A stretch of 64,000 nucleotides of DNA from positions 21,687,175 through 21,751,174 of the forward strand of contig NC_092677.1 of the NCBI RefSeq assembly GCF_964355755.1, read 5' to 3'. Below are positions 14,401-29,800 of the stretch, one piece after another. The notes beneath the pieces were generated by a model that worked only from the letters and a program-made list of their open reading frames with translations, searched no databases and was not told the origin of the DNA. Position numbers and translations under genes: made by a program. This DNA is from Antedon mediterranea. Lineage: Eukaryota; Animalia; Echinodermata. Positions within the stretch are counted from its first letter, which is position 1, and the number at the start of each line of letters is the position of its first letter.

Positions 14401-17400
14401 GACAATACTCTATTTATATGAAATGAATGATCAATCAATGAAAAATAATGCCATTCAACTTTGTTTCTGATTTTAAAAAAGGTCCACTTGTTTAGGCCTG
14501 TCATTTACAACCCTCAAAATATCTCACCTTCAAAAAAAATATTTATTTTCAATAAAAAAAAAAAGAAAAGAAATATCCCTAGAGGTTCGACCCCACTACT
14601 GCGAGCACTCAAACTTGAGCATTACCCGTTACGCCTCAAACCAGTAGATGACTGAAGAGCTGATAATACTCTATTTATATGAAATGAATAATAAATCAAT
14701 GAAAAATAATGCCATGCAACTTTGTTTCTGATTTAAAAAAAGGTTCACTTGTTTAGGCCTGACATTTACAACCCTCAAAATATCTCACTTTCAAAAACAA
14801 TATTTATTTTAAATAAAAAAAAAAAAAAGAAACAAAATATCCGTAGAGGATCGAACCCACTAGTGAGAGCACTCAAACTTGAGCATTACCCGTTACGCCA
14901 CAAACCAGTAGATGACTGAAGAGCTGATAATACTCTATTTATATGAAATAAATAATAAATCAATGAAAAATAATGCCATGCAACTTTGTTTCTGATTTTA
15001 AAAAAGGTCCACTTGTTTAGGCCTGACATTTACAACCCTCAAAATATCTCACTTTCAAAAACAATATTTATTTTCAATAAAAAAAAAAAAAAAAAATATT
15101 CGTAGAGGTTCGAACCCACTACTGCGAGAACTCAAACCTGAGCATTACCCGTTACGCCTCAAACCAGTAGATGACTGAAGAGCTGATAATACTCTATTTA
15201 TATGAAATTAATAATAAATCAATGAAAAATAATGCAATGCAACTTTGTTTCTGATTTTAAAAAAGGTTCATTTGTTTAGGCCTGTCATTTACAACCCTCA
15301 AAATATCTCACCTTCAAAAAAAATATTTATTTTCAATAAAAAAAAAAAAGAAAAGAAATATCCCTAGAGGTTCGAACCCACTACTGCGAGCACTCAAACT
15401 TGAGCATTACCCGTTACGCCTCAAACCAGTAGATGACTGAAGAGCTGATAATACTCTATTTATATGAAATGAATAATAAATCAATGAAAAATAATGCCAT
15501 GCAACTTTGTTTCTGATTTTAAAAAAGGTTCACTTGTTTAGGCCTGACATTTACAACCCTCAAAATATCTCACCTTCAAAAACAATATTTATTTTCAAAT
15601 AAAAAAAAAAGAAAAAAAATATCCCTAGAAGTTCGAACCCACTATTGAAATCACTCAAACCTGAGCATTAACCGTTCGCCGCAAACCATTTTATGACTGA
15701 AGAGCTGCTAATAGTCTATTAATATGAAATAGATGATCAATCAATGAAAAATAATGCCATGCAACTTTGTTTCTGATTTTAAAAAACGTTCACTTGTTTA
15801 GGCCTGACAGTTGCAACCCTCAAAATATCTCACTTTCAAAAAAAATATTTATTTTCAATTAAAAAAAAAAGAAAAAAAAAATACCCGTATAGGTTCGAAC
15901 CCACTACTGAGAGCACTCAAACCTGAGCATTACACGTTACGCCACAAACCAGTAGATTACTGAGGAGCTGATAATAGTCTATATATATGAAATGAATGAT
16001 CAATCAATGAAAAATAATGCCATGTAACTTTGTTTCTGATTGAAAAAAATGTTCACTTGTTTAGGCCTGACATTTACAACCCTCAAAATATCTCACTTTC
16101 AAAAACAATATTTATTTTCAAATAAAAAAAAAAAAAATATCCCTAGAAGTTCGAACCCACTATTGAAATCACTCAAAACTGAGCATTACCCGTTACGCCG
16201 CAAACCAGTATATAACTGAAGAGCTGATAATAGTCTATTTATATGAAATGGATGATCAACCAATGAAAAATAATGCCATGCAACTTTGTTTCTGATTTTA
16301 AAAAAGATCCACTTGTTTAGGCCTGACATTTACAACCCTCAAAATATCTCACTTTCAAAAACAATATTTATTTTCAATTTAAAAAAAAAAAAATCCCTAG
16401 AGGTTCGAACCCACTACTGAAAGCACTCAAACCTGAGCATTATCCGTTACGCCACAAACCAGTAGATGACTGCGGAGCTGATAATAGTCCATTTATATGA
16501 AATGAATGATCAATCAATGAAAAATAATGCCATGCAACTTTGTTTCTGATTTTAAAAAAGGTCCACTTGTTTAGGCCTGACATTTACAACCCTCAAAATA
16601 TCTCGCTTTCAAAAACAATATTTATTTTCAATTAAAAAAAAAAGAAAAAAAATATTCGTAGAGGTTCGGACCCACTACTGCGAGAACTCAAACCTGAGCA
16701 CTACCGGTTACGCCACAAACCAGTAGATGACTGAAGAGCTGATAACAGTCTATTTATATGAAACGAATGATCCATCAATGTAAAATGATGTTATGCAACT
16801 TTGTTTCTGATTTTTAAAAAAGGTTCACTTGGTTAGGCTTGACATTTAAAACCCTCAAAATATCTCACTTTCAAAAACCATATTTATTTTCAATTTAAAA
16901 AAAAGAAAAAAAATATCCCTTGAGGTTCGACCCACTCCTCACAGCACTCAATCCTGAGCATTACCCGCTACGCCACAAACCAGTAGATGACTGAAGAGCT
17001 GATAATAGTCTATTTATATGAAATGAATTATCAATCAATGAAAAATAATGCCATGCAACTTTGTTTCTGATTTTAAAAAAGGTCCACTTGTTTAGGCCTG
17101 ACATTTACAACCCTCAAAATATCTCACTTTCAAAAACCATATTTATTTTCAATTTAAAAAAAAAGAAAAAAAGTATCCCTAGAGGTTCGACCCACTACTC
17201 AGAGCACTCAAACCTGAGCATTACTCGTTACGCCACAAACCAGTAGATGACTGAAGAGCTGGTAATAGTCTATTTATATGAAATGAATTATCAATCAATG
17301 AAAAATAATGCCATGCAACTTTGTTTCTGATTTTAAAAAATTTCCATTTGTTTAGGCCTGACATTTACAACCCTAAAAAATATCTCATTTTCAAAAAAAA

Positions 17401-20199
17401 TATTTATTTTCAATAAGAAAAAAAAAAGCAATATCCCTAGAGGTTGGAACCCGCTACTGAGAGCACTCAAACCTGGGTATTACCCGTTACGCCACAAACC
17501 AGTAGATAACTGAAGAGCTGATAATAGTCTATTTATATGAAATTAATGATCAATCAATGAAAAATAATGCCATGCAACTTTGTTTCAGATTTTAAAAAAG
17601 GTCCACTTGTTTAGGCCTGACATTTACAACCCTCAAAATATCTCACTTTCAAAAACAATATTTTTTTCAATAAAAAAAAAAAAAGAAAACAAATATGCGT
17701 AGAGGTTCGAACCCACTACTGCGAGAACTCAAACCTGAGCATTACCCGTTACGCCTCAAAGCAGTAGATGACTGAAGAGCTGATAATACTCTATTTATAT
17801 GAAATTAATAATAAATCAATGAAAAATAATGCCATGCAACTTTGTTTCTGATTTTAAAAAAGGTTCACTTGTTTAGGCCTGACATTTACAACCCTCAAAA
17901 TATCTCACTTTCAAAAACAATATTTATTTTAAATAAAAAAAAAAAAGAAACAAAATATCCGTAGAGGTTCGAACCCACTAGTGAGAGCACTCAAACTTGA
18001 GCATTACCCGTTACGCCACAAACCAGTAGATGACTGAAGAGCTGACAATACTCTATTTATATGAAATGAATGATCAATCAATGAAAAATAATGCCATGCA
18101 ACTTTGTTTCTGATTTTAAAAAAGGTCCACTTGTTTAGGCCTGACATTTACAACCCTCAAAATATCTCACTTTCAAAAACAATATTTATTTTCAATTAAA
18201 AAAAAAAAAAAAAAAATATTCGTAGAGGTTCGAACCCACTACTGCGAGAACTCAAACCTGAGCATTACCCGTTACGCCTCAAACAAGTAGATGACTGAAG
18301 AGCTGATAATACTCTATTTATATGAAATTAATAATAAATCAATGAAAAATAATGCAATGCAACTTTGTTTCTGATTTTAAAAAAGGTTCATTTGTTTAGG
18401 CCTGTCATTTACAACCCTCAAAATATCTCACCTTCAAAAAAAATATTTATTTTCAATAAAAAAAAATAAGAAAAGAAATATCCCTAGAGGTTCGAACCCA
18501 CTACTGCGAGCACTCAAACTTGAGCATTACCCGTTACGCCTCAAACCAGTAGATGACTGAAGAGCTGATAATACTCTATTTATATGAAATGAATAATAAA
18601 TCAATGAAAAATAATGCCATGCAACTTTGTTTCTGATTTTAAAAAAGGTTCACTTGTTTAGGCCTGACATTTACTACCCTAAAAATATCTCACCTTCAAA
18701 AACAATATTTATTTTCAAATAAAAAAAAAAGAAAAAAAATATCCCTAGAAGTTCGAACCCACTATTGAAATCACTCAAACCTGAGCATTAACCGTTCGCC
18801 GCAAACCATTTTATGACTGAAGAGCTGATAATAGTCTATTTATATGAAATGGATGATCAATCAATGAAAAATAATGCCATGCAACTTTGTTTCTGATTTT
18901 AAAAAAGGTTCACTTGTTTAGGCCTGACAGTTGCAACCCTCAAAATATCTCACTTTCAAAAACAATATTTATTTTCAATTAAAAAAAAATGAAAAAAAAA
19001 ATACCCGTATAGGTTCGAACCCACTACTGAGAGCACTCAAACCTGAGCATTACACGTTACGCCACAAACCAGTAGATGACTGAGGAGCTGATAATAGTCT
19101 ATATATATGAAATGAATGATCAATCAATGAAAAATAATGCCATGCAACTTTGTTTCTGATTGAAAAAAATGTTCACTTGTTTAGGCCTGACATTTACAAC
19201 CCTCAAAATATCTCACTTTCAAAAACAATATTTATTTTCAAATAAAAAAAAAAAAAAAAAATATCCCTAGAAGTTCGAACCCACTATTGAAATCACTCAA
19301 AACTGAGCATTACCCGTTACGCCGCAAACCAGTATATAACTGAAGAGCTGATAATAGTCTATTTATATGAAATGGATGATCAACCAATGAAAAATAATGC
19401 CATGCAACTTTGTTTCTGATTTTAAAAAAGGTCCACTTGTTTAGGCCTGACATTTACAACCCTCAAAATATCTCACTTTCAAAAACAATATTTATTTTCA
19501 ATTAAAAAAAAAAAAAATCCCTAGAGGTTCGAACCCACTACTGAAAGCACTCAAACCTGAGCATTATCCGTTACGCCACAAACCAGTAGATGACTGCGGA
19601 GCTGATAATAGTCCATTTATATGAAATGAATGATCAATCAATGAAAAATAATGCCATGCAACTTTGTTTCTGATTTTAAAAAAGGTCCACTTGTTTAGGC
19701 CTGACATTTACAACCCTCAAAATATCTCGCTTTCAAAAACAATATTTATTTTCAATTAAAAAAAAAAGAAAAAAAATATTAGTAGAGGTTCGAACCCACT
19801 ACTGCGAGAACTCAAACCTGAGCACTACCGGTTACGCCACAAACCAGTAGATGACTGAAGAGCTGATAACAGTCTATTTATATGAAATGAATGATCCATC
19901 TATGTAAAATGATGTTATGCAACTTTGTTTCTGATTTTTAAAAAAGGTCTACTTGTTTAGGCCTGACATTTACAACCCTCAAAATATCTCACTTTCAAAA
20001 ACCATATTTATTTTCAATTTAAAAAAAAAAGTATCCCTAGAGGTTCGACCCACTACTCAGAGCAATCAAACCTGAGCATTACTCGTTACGCCACAAACCA
20101 GTAGATAACTGAAGAGCTGATAATAGTCTATTTATATGGAATTAATGATCAATCAATGAAAAATAATGCCATGCAACTTTGTTTCTGATTTTAAAAAAG

Positions 20200-23100
20200 G
20201 TCCACTTGTTTAGGCCTGACATTTACAACCCTCAAAATATCTCACTTTCAAAAACAATATTTTTTTCAATAAAAAAAAAAAAAAAAAAATATTCGTGGAG
20301 GTTCGAACCCACTACTGCGAGAACTCAAACCTGAGCATTACCCGATACGCATCAAACCAGTAGATGACTGAAGAGCTGATAATACTCTATTTATATGAAA
20401 TTAATAATAAATCAATGAAAAATAATGCCATGCAACTTTGTTTCTGATTTTAAAAAAGGTTCACTTGTTTAGGCCTGACATTTACAACCCTCAAAATATC
20501 TCACTTTCAAAAACAATATTTATTTTAAATAAAAAAAAGAAAGAAACAAAATATCCCTAGAGGTTCGACCCACAACTCAGAGCACTCAAACCTGAGCATT
20601 ACCCGTTACGCCACAAACCAGTAGATGACTGAAGAGCTGATAATAGTCTATTTATATGAAATCAATGATCAATCAATGAAAAATAATGCAATGCAACTTT
20701 GTTTCTGATTTTAAAAAATATCCATTTGTTTAGGCCTGACATTCACAACCCTAAAAAATATCTCATTTTCAAAAAAAATATTTATTTTCAATAAGAAAAA
20801 AAAAAGCAATATCCCTAGAGGTTCGAACCCACTACTGCGAGAACTCAAACCTGAGCATTACCCGTTACGCCTCAAACCAGTAGATGACTGAAGAGCTGAT
20901 AATACTCTATTTATATGAAATTAATAATAAATCAATGAAAAATAATGCCATGCAACTTTGTTTCTGATTTTAAAAAAAGTTCACTTGTTTAGGCCTGACA
21001 TTTACAACCCTCAAAATATCTCACTTTCAAAAACAATATTTATTTTAAATAAAAAAAAAAAAAGAAACAAAATATCCGTAGAGGATCGAACCCACTAGTG
21101 AGAGCACTCAAACTTGAGCATTACCCGTTACGCCTCAAACCAGTATATGACTGAAGAGCTGCTAATACTCTATTTATATGAAATAAATAATAAATCAATG
21201 AAAAATAATGCCATGCAACTTTGTTTCTGATTTTAAAAAAGGTCCACTTGTTTAGGCCTGACATTTACAACCCTCAAAATATCTCACTTTCAAAAACAAT
21301 ATTTATTTTCAATAAAAAAAAAAAAAAAAAAAAAAATATTCGTAGAGGTTCGAACCCACTACTGCGAGAACTCAAACCTGAGCATTACCCGTTACGCCTC
21401 AAACCAGTAGATGACTGAAGAGCTGATAATACTCTATTTATATGAAATTAATAATAAATCAATGAAAAATAATGCCATGCAACTTTGTTTCTGATTTTAA
21501 AAAAGGTTCACTTGTTTAGGCCTGACATTTACAACCCTCAAAATATCTCACTTTCAAAAACAATATTTATTTTAAATAAAAAAAAAAAGAAACAAAATAT
21601 CCGTAGAGGATCGAACCCACTAGTGAGAGCACTCAAACTTGAGCATTACCCGTTACGCCACAAACCAGTAGATGACTGAAGAGCTGATAATACTCTATTT
21701 ATATGAAATAAATAATAAATCAATGAAAAATAATGCCATGCAACTTTGTTTCTGATTTTAAAAAAGGTCCACTTGTTTAGGCCTGACATTTACAACCCTC
21801 AAAATATCTCACTTTCAAAAACAATATTTATTTTCAATAAAAAAAAAAAAAAAAAAATATTCGTAGAGGTTCGAACCCACTACTGCGAGAACTCAAACCT
21901 GAGCATTACCCGTTACGCCTCAAACCAGTAGATGACTGAAGAGCTGATAATACTCTATTTATATGAAATTAATAATAAATCAATGAAAAATAATGCAATG
22001 CAACTTTGTTTCTGATTATAAAAAAGGTTCATTTGTTTAGGCCTGTCATTTACAACCCTCAAAATATCTCACTTTCAAAAACAATATTTTTTTCAATAAA
22101 AAAAAAAAAAAAAAAATATTCGTGGAGGTTCGAACCCACTACTGCGAGAACTCAAACCTGAGCATTACCCGATACGCCTCAAACCAGTAGATGACTGAAG
22201 AGCTGATAATACTCTATTTATATGAAATTAATAATAAATCAATGAAAAATAATGCCATGCAACTTTGTTTCTGATTTTAAAAAAGGTTCACTTGTTTAGG
22301 CCTGACATTTACAACCCTCAAAATATCTCACTTTCAAAAACAATATTTATTTTAAATAAAAAAAAGAAAGAAACAAAATATCCCTAGAGGTTCGACCCAC
22401 AACTCAGAGCACTCAAACCTGAGCATTACCCGTTACGCCACAAACCAGTAGATGACTGAAGAGCTGATAATAGTCTATTTATATGAAATCAATGATCAAT
22501 CAATGAAAAATAATGCAATGCAACTTTGTTTCTGATTTTAAAAAATATCCATTTCTTTAGGCCTGACATTCACAACCCTAAAAAATATCTCATTTTCAAA
22601 AAAAATATTTATTTTCAATAAGAAAAAAAAAAGCAATATCCCTAGAGGTTCGAACCCACTACTGCGAGAACTCAAACCTGAGCATTACCCGTTACGCCTC
22701 AAACCAGTAGATGACTGAAGAGCTGATAATACTCTATTTATATGAAATTAATAATAAATCAATGAAAAATAATGCCATGCAACTTTGTTTCTGATTTTAA
22801 AAAAAGTTCACTTGTTTAGGCCTGACATTTACAACCCTCAAAATATCTCACTTTCAAAAACAATATTTATTTTAAATAAAAAAAAAAAAAGAAACAAAAT
22901 ATCCGTAGAGGATCGAACCCACTAGTGAGAGCACTCAAACTTGAGCATTACCCGTTACGCCTCAAACCAGTAGATGACTGAAGAGCTGCTAATACTCTAT
23001 TTATATGAAATAAATAATAAATCAATGAAAAATAATGCCATGCAACTTTGTTTCTGATTTTAAAAAAGGTCCACTTGTTTAGGCCTGACATTTACAACCC

Positions 23101-23880
23101 TCAAAATATCTCACTTTCAAAAACAATATTTATTTTCAATAAAAAAAAAAAAAAAAAAAAAAATATTCGTAGAGGTTCGAACCCACTACTGCGAGAACTC
23201 AAACCTGAGCATTACCCGTTACGCCTCAAACCAGTAGATGACTGAAGAGCTGATAATACTCTATTTATATGAAATTAATAATAAATCAATGAAAAATAAT
23301 GCCATGCAACTTTGTTTCTGATTTTAAAAAAGGTTCACTTGTTTAGGCCTGACATTTACAACCCTCAAAATATCTCACTTTCAAAAACAATATTTATTTT
23401 AAATAAAAAAAAAAAGAAACAAAATATCCGTAGAGGATCGAACCCACTAGTGAGAGCACTCAAACTTGAGCATTACCCGTTACGCCACAAACCAGTAGAT
23501 GACTGAAGAGCTGATAATACTCTATTTATATGAAATAAATAATAAATCAATGAAAAATAATGCCATGCAACTTTGTTTCTGATTTTAAAAAAGGTCCACT
23601 TGTTTAGGCCTGACATTTACAACCCTCAAAATATCTCACTTTCAAAAACAATATTTATTTTCAATAAAAAAAAAAAAAAAAAAATATTCGTAGAGGTTCG
23701 AACCCACTACTGCGAGAACTCAAACCTGAGCATTACCCGTTACGCCTCAAACCAGTAGATGACTGAAGAGCTGATAATACTCTATTTATATGAAATTAAT
23801 AATAAATCAATGAAAAATAATGCAATGCAACTTTGTTTCTGATTATAAAAAAGGTTCATTTGTTTAGGCCTGTCATTTAC
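20200..23880. repeat. Recent tandem duplication of a 7-monomer block (period 1827 bp; boundaries approximate)
   Basis: The private variant cacaactcag occurs at 20571 and 22398, and gattataaaa near 22014 and 23841. The ORF triplet 21221/21485/21746 is repeated at 23048/23312/23573. Confidence 0.88.
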
Positions 23881-26800
23881 AACCCTCAAAATATCTCACT
23901 TTCAAAAACAATATTTATTTTAAATAAAAAAAAAAAAAGAAACAAAATATCCGTAGAGGATCGAACCCACTAGTGAGAGCACTCATACTTGAGCATTACC
24001 CGTTACGCCTCAAACCAGTAGATGACTGAAGAGCTGCTAATACTCTATTTATATGAAATAAATAATAAATCAATGAAAAATAATGCCATGCAACTTTGTT
24101 TCTGATTTTAAAAAAGGTCCACTTGTTTAGGCCTGACATTTACAACCCTCAAAATATCTCACTTTCAAAAACAATATTTATTTTCAATAAAAAAAAAAAA
24201 AAAAAATATTCGTAGAGGTTCGAACCCACTACTGCGAGAACTCAAACCTGAGCATTACCCGTTACGCCTCAAACCAGTAGATGACTGAAGAGCTGATAAT
24301 ACTCTATTTATATGAAATTAATAATAAATCAATGAAAAATAATGCCATGCAACTTTGTTTCTGATTTTAAAAAAGGTCCACTTGTTTAGGCCTGACATTT
24401 ACAACCCTCAAAATATCTCGCTTTCAAAAACAATATTTATTTTCAATTAAAAAAAAAAGAAAAAAAAAATATTAGTAGAGGTTCGAACCCACTACTGCGA
24501 GAACTCAAACCTGAGCACTACCGGTTACGCCACAAACCAGTAGATGACTGAAGAGCTGATAACAGTCTATTTATATGAAATGAATGATCCATCAATGTAA
24601 AATGATGTTATGCAACTTTGTTTCTGATTTTTAAAAAAGGTCCACTTGTTTAGGCCTGACATTTACAACCCTCAAAATATCTCACTTTCAAAAACAATAT
24701 TTATTTTCAATTTTAAAAAAAAAGAAAAAAAGTATCCCTAGAGGTTCGACCCACTACTCAGAGCACTCAAACCTGAGCATTACTCGTTACGCCACAAACC
24801 AGTAGATAACTGAAGAGCTGATAATAGTCTATTTATATGGAATTAATGATCAATCAGTGAAAAATAATGCCATGCAACTTTGTTTCTGATTTTAAAAAAG
24901 GTCCACTTGTTTAGGCCTGACATTTACAACCCTCAAAATATCTCACTTTCAAAAACAATATTTTTTTCAATAAAAAAAAAAAAAAAAAAAATATTCGTGG
25001 AGGTTCGAACCCACTACTGCGAGAACTCAAACCTGAGCATTACCCGATACGCCTCAAACCAGTAGATGACTGAAGAGCTGATAATACTCTATTTATATGA
25101 AATTAATAATAAATCAATGAAAAATAATGCCATGCAACTTTGTTTCTGATTTTAAAAAAGGTTCACTTGTTTAGGCCTGACATTTACAACCCTCAAAATA
25201 TCTCACTTTCAAAAACAATATTTATTTTAAATAAAAAAAAAGAAAGAAACAAAATATCCCTAGAGGTTCGACCCACTACTCAGAGCACTCAAACCTGAGC
25301 ATTACCCGTTACGCCACAAACCAGTAGATGACTGAAGAGTTGATAATAGTCTATTTATATGAAATGAATGATCAATCAATGAAAAATAATGCCATGCAAC
25401 TTTGTTTCTGATTTTAAAAAATATCCATTTGTTTAGGCCTGACATTCACAACCCTAAAAAATATCTCATTTTCAAAAAAAATATTTATTTTCAATAAGAA
25501 AAAAAAAAGCAATATCCCTAGAGGTTCGAACCCACTACTGCGAGAACTCAAACCTGAGCATTACCCGTCACGCCTCAAACCAGTAGATGACTGAAGAGCT
25601 GATAATACTCTATTTATATGAAATTAATAATAAATCAATGAAAAATAATGCCATGCAACTTTGTTTCTGATTTTAAAAAAGGTTCACTTGTTTAGGCCTG
25701 ACATTTACAACCCTCAAAATATCTCACTTTCAAAAACAATATTTATTTTAAATAAAAAAAAAACAAAAAACAAAATATCCGTAGAGGATCGAACCCACTA
25801 GTGAGAGCACTCAAACTTGAGCATTACCCGTTACGCCTCAAACCAGTAGATGACTGAAGAGCTGCTAATACTCTATTTATATGAAATAAATAATAAATCA
25901 ATGAAAAATAATGCCATGCAACTTTGTTTCTGATTTTAAAAAAGGTCCACTTGTTTAGGCCTGACATTTACAACCCTCAAAATATCTCACTTTCAAAAAC
26001 AATATTTATTTTCAATAAAAAAAAAAAAAAAAAAATATTCGTAGAGGTTCGAACCCACTACTGCGAGAACTCAAACCTGAGCATTACCCGTTACGCCTCA
26101 AACCAGTAGATGACTGAAGAGCTGATAATACTCTATTTATATGAAATTAATAATAAATCAATGAAAAATAATGCCATGCAACTTTGTTTCTGATTTTAAA
26201 AAAGGTTCACTTGTTTAAGCCTGACATTTACAACCCTCAAAATATCTCACTTTCAAAAACAATATTTATTTTAAATAAAAAAAAAAAAAGAAACAAAATA
26301 TCCATAGAGGATCGAACCCACTAGTGAGAGCACTCAAACTTGAGTATTACCCGTTACGCCACAAACCAGTAGATGACTGAAGAGCTGATAATACTCTATT
26401 TATATGAAATAAATAATAAATCAATGAAAAATAATGCCATGCAACTTTGTTTCTGATTTTAAAAAAGGTCCACTTGTTTAGGCCTGACATTTACAACCCT
26501 CAAAATATCTCACTTTCAAAAACAATATTTATTTTCAATAAAAAAAAAAAAAAAAAAAAAATATTCGTAGAGGTTCGAACCCACTACTGCGAGAACTCAA
26601 ACCTGAGCATTACCCGTTACGCCTCAAACCAGTAGATGACTGAAGAGCTGATAATACTCTATTTATATGAAATTAATAATAAATCAATGAAAAATAATGC
26701 AATTCAACTTTGTTTCTGATTTTAAAAAAGGTTCATTTGTTTAGGCCTGTCATTTACAACCCTCAAAATATCTCACTTTCAAAAACAATATTTATTTTAA

Positions 26801-29800
26801 ATAAAAAAAAAGAAAAGAAACAAAGTATCCGTAGAGGATCGAACCCACTAGTGAGAGCACTCATACTTGAGCATTACCCGTTACGCCTCAAACCAGTAGA
26901 TGACTGAAGAGCTGCTAATACTCTATTTATATGAAATAAATAATAAATCAATGAAAAATAATGCCATGCAACTTTGTTTCTGATTTTAAAAAAGGTCCAC
27001 TTGTTTAGGCCTGACATTTACAACCCTCAAAATATCTCACTTTCAAAAACAATATTTATTTTCAATAAAAAAAAAAAAAAAATATTCGTAGAGGTTCGAA
27101 CCCACTACTGCGAGAACTCAAACCTGAGCATTACCCGTTACGCCTCAAACCAGTAGATGACTGAAGAGCTGATAATACTCTATTTATATGAAATTAATAA
27201 TAAATCAATGAAAAATAATGCCATGCAACTTTGTTTCTGATTTTAAAAAAGGTCCACTTGTTTAGGCCTGATATTTACAACCCTCAAAATATCTCGCTTT
27301 CAAAAACAATATTTATTTTCAATTAAAAAAAAAAGAAAAAAAATATTAGTAGAGGTTCGAACCCACTACTGCGAGAACTCAAACCTGAGCACTACCGGTT
27401 ACGCCACAAACCAGTAGATGACTGAAGAGCTGATAACAGTCTATTTATATGAAATGAATGATCCATCAATGTAAAATGATGTTATGCAACTTTGTTTCTG
27501 ATTTTTAAAAAAGGTCCACTTGTTTAGGCCTGACATTTACAACCCTCAAAATATCTCACTTTCAAAAACAATATTTATTTTAAATAAAAAAAAAAAAAGA
27601 AACAAAATATCCGTAGAGGATCGAACCCACTAGTGAGAGCACTCAAACTTGAGCATTACCCGTTACGCCACAAACCAGTAGATGACTGAAGAGCTGATAA
27701 TACTCTATTTATATGAAATAAATAATAAATCAATGAAAAATAATGCCATGCAACTTTGTTTCTGATTTTAAAAAAGGTCCACTTGTTTAGGCCTGACATT
27801 TATTACCCTCAAAATATCTCACTTTCAAAAACAATATTTATTTTCAATAAAAAAAAAAAAAAAAAAATATTCGTAGAGGTTCGAACCCACTACTGCGAGA
27901 ACTCAAACCTGAGCATTACCCGTTACGCCTCAAACCAGTAGATGACTGAAGAGCTGATAATACTCTATTTATATGAAATTAATAATAAATCAATGAAAAA
28001 TAATGCAATGCAACTTTGTTTCTGATTTTAAAAAAGGTTCATTTGTTTAGGCCTGTCATTTACAACCCTCAAAATATCTCACTTTCAAAAACAATATTTA
28101 TTTTAAATAAAAAAAAAAAAACAAACAAAATATCCGTAGAGGATCGAACCCACTAGTGAGAGCACTCATACTTGAGCATTACCCGTTACGCCTCAAACCA
28201 GTAGATGACTGAAGAGCTGATAATAGTCTATTTTATATGAAATGAATGATCAATCAATGAAAAATAATGCCATGCAACTTTGTTTCTGATTTTAAAAAAG
28301 GTCCACTTGTTTAGGCCTGACATTTACAACCCTCAAAATATCTCACTTTCAAAAACAATATTTATTTTAAAATAAAAAAAAAAAAAAAATATTCGTAGAG
28401 GTTCGAACCCACTACTGCGAGAACTCAAACCTGAGCATTACCCGTTACGTCTCAAACCAGTAGATGACTGAAGAGCTGATAATACTCTATTTATATGAAA
28501 TTAATAATAAATCAATGAAAAATAATGCCATGCAACATTGTTTCTGATTTTAAAAAAGGTTCACTTGTTTAGGCCTGACATTTACAACCCTCAAAATATC
28601 TCACTTTCAAAAACAATATTTATTTTAAATAAAAAAAAAAAAGAAACAAAATATCCGTAGAGGATCGAACCCACTAGTGAGAGCACTCAAACTTGAGCAT
28701 TACCCGTTACGCCACAAACCAGTAGATGACTGAAGAGCTGATAATACTCTATTTATATGAAATAAATAATAAATCAATGAAAAATAATGCCATGCAACTT
28801 TGTTTCTGATTTTAAAAAAGGTCCACTTGTTTAGGCCTGACATTTACAACCCTCAAAATATCTCACTTTCAAAAACAATATTTATTTTCAATAAAAAAAA
28901 AAAAAAAAAAAATATTCGTAGAGGTTCGAACCCACTACTGCGAGAACTCAAACCTGAGCATTACCCGTTACGCCTCAAACCAGTAGATGACTGAAGAGCT
29001 GATAATACTCTATTTATATGAAATTAATAATAAATCAATGAAAAATAATGCAATGCAACTTTGTTTCTGATTTTAAAAAAGGTTCATTTGTTTAGGCCTG
29101 TCATTTACAACCCTCAAAATATCTCACCTTCAAAAAAAATATTTATTTTCAATAAAAAAAAAAATAGAAAAGAAATATCCCTAGAGGTTCGAACCCACTA
29201 CTGCGAGCACTCAAACTTGAGCATTACCCGTTACGCCTCAAACCAGTAGATGACTGAAGTGCTGATAATACTCTATTTATATGAAATGAATAATAAATCA
29301 ATGAAAAATAATGCCATGCAACTTTGTTTCTGATTTTAAAAAAGGTTCCCTTGTTTAGGCCTGACATTTACAACCCTCAAAATATCTCACCTTCAAAAAC
29401 AATATTTATTTTCAAATAAAAAAAAAAGAAAAAAAATATCCCTAGAAGTTCGAACCCACTATTGAAATCACTCAAACCTGAGCATTAACCGTCCGCCGCA
29501 AACCATTTTATGACTGAAGAGCTGCTAATAGTCTATTAATATGAAATGGATGATCAATCAATGAAAAATAATGCCATGCAACTTTGTTTCTGATTTTAAA
29601 AAAGGTTCACTTGTTTAGGCCTGACAGTTGCAACCCTCAAAATATCTCACTTTCAAAAACAATATTTATTTTCAATTAAAAAAAAAAGAAAAAAAAATAC
29701 CCGTATAGGTTCGAACCCACTACTGAGGGCACTCAAACCTGAGCATTACACGTTACGCCACAAACCAGTAGATGACTGAGGAGCTGATAATAGTCTATAT

